A DNA stretch of 64,000 bases from Octopus vulgaris (Eukaryota): contig OX597836.1 of NCBI GenBank assembly GCA_951406725.2, positions 38,068,001 to 38,132,000 of the forward strand, read 5' to 3'. The notes beneath the pieces are model-generated. The model was not told the DNA's origin and searched no databases. It saw nothing but the letters and a program-made list of their open reading frames with translations. The position numbers were made by a program, and so were the translations under genes. Positions within the stretch are counted from its first letter, which is position 1; each line of letters starts with the position of its first letter. Below, piece after piece: positions 27,901 to 39,300 of the stretch.

Positions 27901-30900
27901 TTTGATTTGATATCTGCTGATGCAGTGAAATGGAGTATGAGTTGTTTTGGTGTTATTCATTGAATCTAACAGAGCGATAATTGACTTTAAACAATAATTT
28001 TCATCGCCATGATTGTGATGTCACGTGTGTGTATATGCAGCAATGAATGCATGTAGAAACAATTGCGTAGTTCTGAAGTATTCCTGTTTGTCGTTTACAT
28101 GGACACAGTGTGTGAATTGTCTGAAAGGACAGAAAAAGTGTGAAAATATGGTGAGTTAATTCACAAGAAACATGATGGGAAAAAGAAATACTTATGAATA
28201 AATGCTGGTTTAATGAGCAATCTGATATATGCTCCACGTGAGACAATTTAAATGATAAGTATGTCGGTGAAAGTTATTGAAATTTAAGCATTGTGCTGTG
28301 TTTTAACAAGCGGCATTACTTTTGCGCTTGGATATTTACAGTTTTTCGTGTATTTGAAAGATTATGCTTGATTACGACATTGTAAAAGAATAATGAAAGT
28401 TGTTTCTGGTGTTTTCGATATTGTCGATGTTACGTAGGTTTGGTTTTTTATAAATCTGTTGTGTTTTTTTGCTGAAATTTCTATGGAATATTGTTTTAGT
28501 GAAATTAAGTTGTTTTATATAGAAAATTGATTGTCACTATGTATGTATGAGCAGAATAATAATTATCGGAATGTAGGAACTGACGATTAATTTGAAATTC
28601 CTCTTGCCATTTTGCACTTTTCAGTAAAGTCCACAGAAACGATTGTCGATCGAAAGCCACCCGGTAAGACATTTCGAACGTATTGATTTTGGTTTTGTTA
28701 CCTAGTGTAAAAGAAGGCAGGGCCCGTGTAGAAATGTAATTACAATTACTAAAGGGAATGAGACCTAATTAAAGGAATGTATTTGTTAGTGGTCTTTAGC
28801 TTGTGCGATTAATGTTTATAGGTGTATAGGTGTTGATGTTCAATGAACCACTATATTGAATTATTATGTATGCGTCAGTGTTAATTGATGGCTGCCTCCT
28901 TTTTGTTTAGGTCGTTGCAATACTGCTGAATCAGACATTGTGTTCGTTCTGGATTCTTCAACTAGCGTTACTGATGCAAACTTCAAGAAAATATTAGCTT
29001 TCATGAAAGATTTTCTGTCGGATGCTAGTATTGACTCGGGTAATGTTCGAGTGGGGGCAGTGATTTATAGCACTGATGTAGAGGTGCAGTTTCATTTGAA
29101 TCGCTACAGTTCCAAGCGTGATATCCTCGATGCTGTTGACAACATTGCCTATGTGTATGGAAGCACAAATACATATGGAGGTCTGCACACAGCCAGAACA
29201 CAGATGTTCACTGCAGAAAATGGTGACAGAGCCGGTGTTCCTAACATCATTTTCCTCATAACTGATGGCGTTTCCAACGTCAATGCTTTGCAAACGATAC
29301 CAGAAGCGGAGGCTATTCGTGCAGAAAACATCCATATTTACGCTATAGGTATAGGCCTTGCAGAAACTACAGAACTCGACAAAATTGCATCATCTCCAGC
29401 AAGCGCTAACAGTTTCACTGTGGAAGATTTTAATGAGCTTCAAGGCTTAAAACACACGATATTTGAATCTTACTGTCCCGGTACGTATATCTCGAAGAAT
29501 ATTACACCTGTCATCGTCCTCGTCGAAGTTGTCGTCGTTCCTTTGAATGGGGTGAACGTCTTGAGGTTGTAGCGTTTTCAGTTGTAAATGTTTGCTGTTT
29601 TGCACCTCATCTGTTTCCTTAGTGATCTGTTTACACAGCTGTGCAAGCTGCGATTCTTGTTTACCTGGTTGATATTTTTGTAAATTCTTTATTGTGTGTT
29701 TGAATTTCTCTAGTGTTTAATATCAATGCTCTTTGTTTTCTGTACATTTGATTTGATATCTGCTGATGCAGTGAAATGGAGTATGAGTTGTTTTGGTGTT
29801 ATTCATTGAATCTAACAGAGCGATAATTGACTTTAAACAATAATTTTCATCGCCATGATTGTGAATTCACGTGTGTGTATATGCAGCAATGAATGCATGT
29901 AGAAACAATTGCGTATTTCTGAAGTATTCCTGTTTGTCGTTTACATGGACACAGTGTGTGAATTGTCTGAAAGGACAGAAAAAGTGTGAAAATATGGTGA
30001 GTTAATTCACAAGAAACATGATGAGAAAAAGAAATACTTATGAATAAATGCTGGTTTAATGAGCAATCTGATATATGCTCCACGTGAGACAATTTAAATG
30101 ATAAGTATGTCGGTGAAAGTTATTGAAATTTAAGTATTGTGCTGTGTTTTAAGAAGCGGCATTACTTTTTGAACCTGGATATTTAAAGTTTTTCGTGTAT
30201 TTGAAAGATTATGCTTGATTACAACATTGTAAAAGAATAATGAATGTTGTTTCTGGTGTTTTCGACATCGTTGATGTTACGTAGGTTCGGTTTTTTTTAT
30301 AAATATCTGTTCGTTGACAGAGCGGCCAACCGGCTTACGCGCCAATGGCACATAAAAGGCATTATTCGAGTGTGATCGTTATCAGCGTTGCCTTCCTGGC
30401 CCTTGTGCCACCTCTTAGTATGGTGCTTAGAGCACCATCCGAGCCTGATTGTTGCCGGAGTAGCTAACTGGTTTCCGTGTTGGTGGCATATAAATGGCAC
30501 CATTTGAGATTGATTGTTACCAGCATCACCTTACTGGCACCTCTGCCGGTTGCATTTATAAAATGCTTTTTGCAAGGTCGTTGCCAGTACCGTTTGACTG
30601 GCACATAAAAGCACCTACTATATTCATGGAGTGGTTGGCGTTAGGAAGGGCATCAAGCTGTAGAAACTCTGCCAGATCAAGATTGGTGCCTGGTGCAGCC
30701 CTCCGGTTCGCCAGCCCTCAGTCAAATCGTCCAACCTATGCTAGCATGGAAAGCGGATGTTAAATGATGATGATGATGATCCATCGTTTTGTCAATGGTC
30801 CCGGAATATGTTGTTCATGAACAGCGGCAGTAATTTTCTTCTGCTGGATACACATAATTGATTGGTTAAAATTACCCAAATACGACGACTTTAATTTCTA

Positions 30901-33900
30901 AAATACAAAATTTTGTCCAAAATGTTAAGAGTAAACCCTGTTCTATGTGATATATTCTACTACTATCTGAAGTTTCAGTGTTTAGTTAAAAAAATATTAA
31001 TTGAAAAAAATCTGTGTATGAGATGGAATATATCCTAGATGGATATATATATAAATATATATATATATATGAGGTTTTGTAAAGAAATAGATGCTTCTTC
31101 TAGGGATGTCTTACATCAAAGCTTCCACCAGTTTGTCCATATCTCTGTGAATTTTGTGGAATCTGTTTCTCCATGTTAGTATTTATTTGACACTAGTACT
31201 ATACACATAATGAAGTTCGAGTAGTCCATATAGATGTTTTCATCTGATTTGATATACGTGAACATAATTGCAGTTGTATGATATAAAGAAAATGGTGCGC
31301 TTGAATACAGCAAAATCAATTTATTTACATAACTGTTGATTACGTAAGGCCTGTAATTGTTCCAGTGTCTACCTTCATTCATTTTACAATTAATAATTGC
31401 ATTATGAACCTAAAAGGTAAATATCTCTTGAGGGCAAAAATCAACATATTCTCTATTACTTCCTAATAAATAGAATGTTCATTTTAGACTAAGATAGCAG
31501 CTTGCATCTTTTTTGTGTGTAAGTGTGTGTTAGTATTGAAGCTAAATTGTCCTTGTGTCTTTCTATGTATGTGTGTGCATCAGTTTGTCTTTGGAATTCA
31601 GTTCTAAAAATAGCAAAAGTTAAAGTTTCACCACCAGCAGGACAGTGGCTAGTGTTGTCCCATAGAATTTAGGTCAAATACTACCATTCACCTAAAAGAA
31701 TTTATGTTTTTTTTTTTATAGTCTATATTCTTTGTTTTACTCCCTACCTACTTGCCAGTTGAATGGAAAAAAACTATACAATATATATATATATATAATC
31801 TTTTCAGTATCCAAATCTACCTACTTCATTTCTATTTATGATTAAATTATGAGAATTTCAATTCATGGCACAATTCATTATTTCTTTTATTTTCGAGGTG
31901 TATTAGTTTTATTTCCAGTTAATATGTATTTTTAGTAAATTAATTGTATCTATTTAATGGGGGTATGATTCTCTATGTATCACATGTAGAGGGCTAGATT
32001 TTAATCAGTGGTTTCCTTCATTTGGTGAGTGTACATTTAACTTTAAAGTTGATTCATACATTTACTTTAATTTATTTAATTTCATCATAGTGTGTTTATG
32101 TATATGTAATTTATTTAAAATTATTCAAATTATTAAATGTACATATCCCTACATACCTTCACATATCTTTATATCCATACATATCTGTCTGTCTGTCTAT
32201 CTATCTATTGATCCAGCCAGCCAGCCAGCCACACACACACACACACCCCATACATTCATGCATGCATGAATCTACATCAGCCTGATGAAGGTGCTCACTA
32301 GAATAAAAAATAATTTTTGGCTCATTGTTTTCACTGTGTGAAGTCATACTGAACACAGCCTTCTTTTCTCTCATACCCAGTATTCTTTTCCTAGTTTTAT
32401 ATTGGTTGAATGAAAATTGTAGATGTAATTATTTTCATCAACTACTTTTCTTTTGTTTTTGCTCAATGCTATGGATTTTGTCATTTTGGGATGGGTAAAT
32501 TAAAAATGTGTACACTAAATTTGCAGCACTCTCTATATACAGCACCATATTTAAGAGAGAGAAGGAAAAAGAGAAAGTAAAACTGTTAACAGAGAAGGAA
32601 AAAGAATGATAATAACAATCCTATAATGAAGCTTGTTATAGTTTTGTGAATATATCATTAGAGATATTTTACCTATTTAAAATTGAACAAAATATCATTG
32701 GGCAAAAAAATCATCGGACAAAAAGACATCAGACCAAAAGATGTGGATGAAAAGATATTTGACAAAGTGATGTTGGACGAAAAGACATTTGACAAAGTAA
32801 TGTTGGACGAAAAGACATTTGACAAAGTAATGTTGGACGAAAAGACATAGCGCCATATGCATATATAATAATAATAATGATAGAAAATTTTAATGGATGA
32901 GGATCCATTTGATTTATTTACATTATATGCATTGAAATAATTTTGGATTCTATTGTTATCTGCATACACTGCTAATGACATTCATTAAAGTTAAAGATGA
33001 AATTTTACCAATTTCCACTTATCTAATGTATGCTATTCCTTGCATACTTTTGAAAAGAAGCTAACATTTCATTCAAAGAATTTTGATTAAAGAACATTAT
33101 ACTGAATTTTACAAGAATCTTCTCTATTTAACTAAAAATTACACATGTGTATATTGTACTCAGTCTCTATGTTATTGTGAAAAGCTTCATGCGTTATTTG
33201 ATCTGATGCATAGAAAACTATGACTTGAAGTATTATTTTCCTATAGAGATAATTAATTCTCTACCTATGTAGTTATATATGTATGTTTTCTTTTATGTAT
33301 ACATAAATACATATGAAACATACATCTATATAGATATTCATGTATTTCTGTGTATGTATGATTGTGTCTATGTATGTATTGGCTTGTGGTGTAATTCATG
33401 AGCGTTTTTTTCAGATTTATTCAAAAAACGAAAATACAACAAATTAATAATATATACTCTGATGTTTATGACTTCCTCCCATCATTCAATGAGTTTTTTG
33501 ATGCCTTGGCAATAGAAATCTCCCAGTCTTGACTCAAAGAATTTGTCCAGCCAACCCTCAATTCCACATTGTTATTGAACAATACATCATGCAAAGCTTT
33601 TGAAAGCGGTCATAAGAGAGTATAGAGAGTATGGAGGATGAGGAAGCATTTCCCATTCAAGTTCTTGAAATGTGGCTTTGGTCATATTGGTGATGTGAGG
33701 ACGGGTGTTGTTGTGTTGCAGAAGAACGCCATTTTACCTTTTCAGTTTCTTTTGCTGAATTATTTTGTTGAGTCAGTGTAGCTGTTGAAAGTAGAGTTGC
33801 TTATTGAGTGTTTACTTTCGTTGAAACAGTTTGTAATGAATTGTACCTTCCCAGTTCTACTATACACACAACATGGTTTTTCAAGGACGAAGATCTTGTT

Positions 33901-36329
33901 TGCTCACAGAGTTGCTTGTTTGTCAGGGCTGAGCTATTCTTTCCATTGCTTCATAATGTTGTAAAGGCACCATTTTTCATTGCCTGTGACAATGCAATAA
34001 AGAAAACACTGTTTGTGACCATGTGTTGAGCAATGTCTAGTGAGCAAGCTAGTAGTGATTATGGAGCATTGACTTTTGTTGTTTTTGCTCAAAGTGTGTG
34101 GCACCCATGCGCTGAGTTTCTGAACTTTGCCCATTAAGTGAAGGTGGTTCTGCTATTCCAATTCTCTAGTTGTTTGACATGGATTTGTGTGAAGAATTTG
34201 ATTAAATTATGCTTCATCAAACTCAATTGGTTGACTGGTGTGTGATTTGTCCTTGAGGTCAAAATTCCCATTTTTGAAGCATGAAAACCAATGGCAGGCA
34301 GTACTTTGCTCCTTCTCCATACACAAGAAAAATCTTATGTGCGGCTTTGGTGCATGAACACCTTGATTAATTGCAGAAAGCAAATGGTGTGGAAAATGCT
34401 CAGTTTTGTCCACTTAACATTCCATTTTCATGATCTGAAAATACACAATCAATAAAATGAAAAAATTAGAACACACTGTCTTGTAGAGGAATAAAACCTC
34501 CCTTTTAAATAACATGAAACATTTTGCCAATGCATTTTCTTTCTGCATTCATTTTAAAATTTGAAATAAAATGCTCATGAATTATTCCTCAACTAAATAT
34601 ATATATTGGCAATATAAATGCATATTTATGTATAATTATATTTAGATGTGTAAGTACATGTTTTCACATGTGCATATATGCATTGATATATAGACCTATA
34701 TATATATTTATCTATCTAGATTGATAGATGTCTAGTTATATAGAGATATATGTAAAGTGATAGTTAGATAGGTAAACAAATGTGCATGAATGTATTTATA
34801 TATTAACAGTGTGAAAGAGCACTACAATTGTGTTCAAAAACTATATGGAGCTTGACTTTAATGAATTTTGGAATTAACATTCTTCTGAAGGAGGGCAACC
34901 AGAACAAACTAGTAGAACGAGAGTTGAAATGTGAACATAATATATATTCTATCTTAGTTGTGTTACATCCATCTTATTTCTATCACATTCATTTTCAATA
35001 TTAAGGAAAAATTTTCAGTTGGGTATCAATCTTTGGTTATTAATATTAACTTGCTACACAATCAAATTAGGTATTAATTCATGCAGAGATGTTCACAATG
35101 TATTTGCTAAGAGATTTGTTAAAAACCAGTAATTCTTGCTACTGGTTGGTATAAAAACTAAAGGAGAATAAAGTGTATTGCTCATGGGTGTGCATAGAAA
35201 GTAAACCTGACATACCATATTTGCACATGGAAAAGTAAACATTACTATAATTTTTCGCAGTTCTGGAGAAAACTCCAGCACCTGCCATTATATTACCAAC
35301 AAAGGGTAAGGCTCTTGTACTCCTCAACATGTTCTTTGTTGATACAATGATGTAGAAATATATGAGTGCAAGTTGTTGAAGGGTGTACACATTTACATAC
35401 AAGAGGGTTTCATCATCAAAGTGAATTATCTTGATTATCAGCAAAATTCATTGCTGTTGTCTATATTACTCTTTTACTTGTTTCAGTCATTTGACTGCGG
35501 CCATGCTGGAGCACCGCCTTTAATCGAGCAACTCGACCCTGGGACTTATTCTTTTGTAAGCCCAGTACTTATTCTATCGGTCTCTTTTGCCGAACCGCTA
35601 AGTAACGGGGACATAAACACACCAGCATCGGTTGTCAAGCAATGGTAGGGGGACAAACACAGACACACAAACACACATATATATATATACGACGGGCTTC
35701 TTTCAGATTCCGTCTACCAAATCCACTCACAAGGCTTTGGTTGGCCCGAGGCTATAGTAGAAGACACTTGCCAAGGTGCCACACAGAGGGACTGAATCCG
35801 GAACCATGTGGTTTGGTAAACAAGCTACTTACCACACAGCCACTCCTGCGCCTATATATGCATAAATTTTTATTGTTTTGCCTTTGCTGAGAATGGTGAC
35901 AGGGCATCCGTTCCCAATATTGCCATACTGCTCACTGACGGCGTATCTCATATTTTCTTTGCATTTCACGCAAGTTGTTTGCTTTGGACATTTCAAATGA
36001 ACATTGGAAAGTTTTTTGGAGTGAATATTATTCCTGCTCAATGTTAAATCCTTGCGAATTCTTCATATATGTTGTGTGATTTGACTGTTTTTTGGTCAAT
36101 ATGGAATATGATTTTCCATGGAATTGTTGCTACTGGATTGAAGGTAATGTTTTCAGAAGTGAATAAAGTAAAAGTACTGTGTTGATCTTCACGTAAAAGA
36201 CTTTCCCAACGTTTCTTCATCTTTTATTTTTCTGTAAATTTCAATTATATATGCATATACATATTGGCAGTAAAAATGCATATGTAGAGTATAAATATCT
36301 TTAAATGTGTAAATACATAAGTTTTCACT

Positions 36330-36365
<36 letters not shown>

Positions 36366-39300
36366 CATTAATATATTGGCGTATATACATGCAGATAGAT
36401 GGATGTCTACTTGGATAAAGGTATGGGCAGAGTGAGAGCTTGTTAGAGAGATAAACAGATGTATATACTTAGAGTGTATGAGAGCAATGAAATTGCTTTC
36501 AATAAGCATATGATAGTTGACCTTACTAAACTTTGGGATTATTTTTCATTGGGAGGAGGTCAACCAGAATGAAGTAGAAGAACACCTATAAGTGAGACTA
36601 TAAGAAACAGAGGTGAGATGTTAACATAAACTATATTGTATTTTAGTACCTCTGTGTGCTAAAATCAGTCTTATTTCTGTTATTTTGATATCATTATTTA
36701 CTGATGCTTTTCAATTGTGCATCAACTAGGAGTTAGCAAACATTAACTCTATGTTAAGATATAATATTTCTTAAATGGTATACAAATTATGAGAATGTTT
36801 TTATTCAGTGATTTATTACAATCATCAATTCTCACTATTTATTGGTAGTGAAGCATATTGTTTTCATGTGCGCATTTAAGCTAAACCTAACACGTTTGTA
36901 CATGCAAATGTAAATATTACTTTTATTTCTCACAGTTGTCGAGAAAACTCCAGCACCTGCCATTACACTACCAACAAAGGGTAAGGCACTTGTACTGCTC
37001 CACATCTTGTTCGTTAATAGAGTGTTGTAGATGTATATGAACGCATGATTTTGTTGTGTGTCCACATTTTCGTGTGAGAGATGTCTTCTGTTCATTATCA
37101 GCAAAATTCGATGCTGCTGTTGTCTAAATATGTATAGATTGTTAACCTTTTGTCTTTGCCGTATAGTTTTTTCGTGTTTCGTGTATTTTGTTTGCGTTTT
37201 GTGCCAGTTGACTAGTTTGGACTTTCGAAGTGAACGTTTGCAAGTTTCTTGCTGTAAAAAGTATTTGTGTCGAAATTCTTAATACATATTGTGTGTATTT
37301 TGTTTTGTCATCATGGAATATTATTTACCTGGAGCTGTTGCTGGTGGGTTAAATGTCGTGTTTTCTGAAGTGAATCAAGTGCAAGTACTTTGTTGTTGTT
37401 CTGCTCGTTTCTGTCACGTATTGCTTGAAATTCTCGATACTTCGTCGCATACAAGTTTTCAGATAGGTGTGAGGCAGGCAAGAGTTTGCTTTGTTTAATG
37501 TTTTCCAATGTTTGTTTTTGCGCATATATTCATATGACATACATGTTGTGTAAAGTTGTGGTGGTTCTTCGTTGAGATATTTTCGGAATAGAAATGTAGA
37601 TTTATGTGGTAGCAGTGGATTATTCGATAAGTGATAAGTTATCCTAATGTTCTCCAGGTGATTGTGGCGGTACAGAATCTGACATCATCTTCATTTTGGA
37701 CTCATCAACTAGTGTCCAAGAAGAAAACTTCAAGAAAATGCTAAATTTCATTGTTGATTTTGTGTCTGCTGCTTCCATTGACAATGGCAATGTTCGAATC
37801 GGTGCAGTCCTTTACAGTTCAGACGTGAAAATCCAATTCCATTTGAATGTTTTCCAAACAAAGCAAGAAGTAATCGATGCAGTCCTCCAAATTCCATATG
37901 TTTACGGCAGTACAAACACTTACGGCGGGCTTAACACCATGCGGACTGTAATGTTCAGCACAGAGAATGGTGACAGGGCATCCGTTCCCAATATTGCCAT
38001 ACTGCTCACTGACGGCGTATCGAACGTCAATGCTTACGACACTATTCCAGAAGCAGTGAAAGCCAGAGAGGAAGGCATCCACATATATGCCATTGGTATT
38101 GGTCTAAGTGACACTACAGAATTGAGCCAGATTTCCTCATTACCTGTTGACGAAAACATGTTTATTGTGACTGACTTCAACGAACTGTCGAATCTGAAAG
38201 AAAGAATATTTGAGCAGTATTGCCCAGGTATAGCAATTAGCATGTTATTACAAAGCGGTGTTTTATTTTAAAGCGTTACTAATCAAAGCTATAATCACAG
38301 ATATTCAACAAAGATATCTTTAACAAAATCTGTTATTGCGTTACTTTCAGTCAATGTTCCATGCAAGTATTTACAATTAACGCTGCTCAAAGCCCTAACA
38401 ACTTCACTCGATGCCCGTTTTATGTAAATTCATACATTTTGCTGCTTTTCTCTTCTATATGCTCATTCACAACGTTTGACATCGTTAGAAGTAAAACTGT
38501 TCTACGTCTGATGTTGCTGTGTTAAGCAGATTGAAGTAGCAACAAGTAAATAACATCTTTTGTAGGTTGTGATAAGTTTCCTGTAGAATCTGCCCTACTA
38601 ATATCAGTATGAATTACAAGAGAATTTGGAATTCACTGTCTTCCTTAAAATAATGCAGTTAACATACTAATGCTGTCAACTGGCTATCCATTTGATACTC
38701 CTTCTTTCAATCACCTTATTCTTTATCCATTTGATATTCAGTCTATGATCTTGTTTCATCTAAACCACATGATATGCAAAACATTGCTGTTTATTGTCCC
38801 CTAATATGTACTTGCTACACTTGCAGTAATTATAATTGTTTCAATAATATTTTAAATTGCGCTTTGGAATCTAACATATTTTACTGGATAAAATCGTCTA
38901 GAACCGCCAGATATTATAGAAAGTTATTTGCAAGGATGTGTAGTAATTTGCCCCTTACTGAAGAACTATCTACATTTGTATATGTTTCAGTATGTATATA
39001 TAAGGAAAAACGAAAGCTTTCTGGATGAGGTTGCGCTTCAGTTGTCATACATTGCTTATCTAATACACATTATTCCTTGCATAATTTTGAAGGGAAACTA
39101 ACATTAAATTCATAGAATTTCGATTAATGGATATGATGTGGAATTTTCTCAATTTACCTAAAACCTAGAGAAATGCATATGTTATTGAGTGCCGGTTCAT
39201 ACATGTATTGATTTGTGAATTGATTAACACTGAGAAAACTGTGATCTAATGCACTATTTCCTACCGCCAAATTTCATTCTACAGCTATGAACTTATATAC

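Larger units (their letters stand above)
1..30305 (+). repeat. Tandem array A: 16 full units plus partial ends, period ~1846 bp (1845-1854), nearly identical including introns
   Basis: Identical 210-aa ORF recurs at 1234, 3079, 4925 ... 28940; introns differ only by scattered SNPs and small indels; similarity ends at ~30305. Confidence 0.98.

Noticed and set aside
1-30305. Array A as a pure assembly artefact
   Set aside because: Units carry recurrent variant combinations and a biologically plausible diverged edge; the exact copy number still needs long-read confirmation.
32673-32981. 102-aa ORF with NVFSSNITLS repeats
   Set aside because: It is the translation of a 30-bp minisatellite.
35780-35852. 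tRNA gene on the minus strand
   Set aside because: The tRNA-like head continues into a SINE body and is an insertion relative to sister introns.
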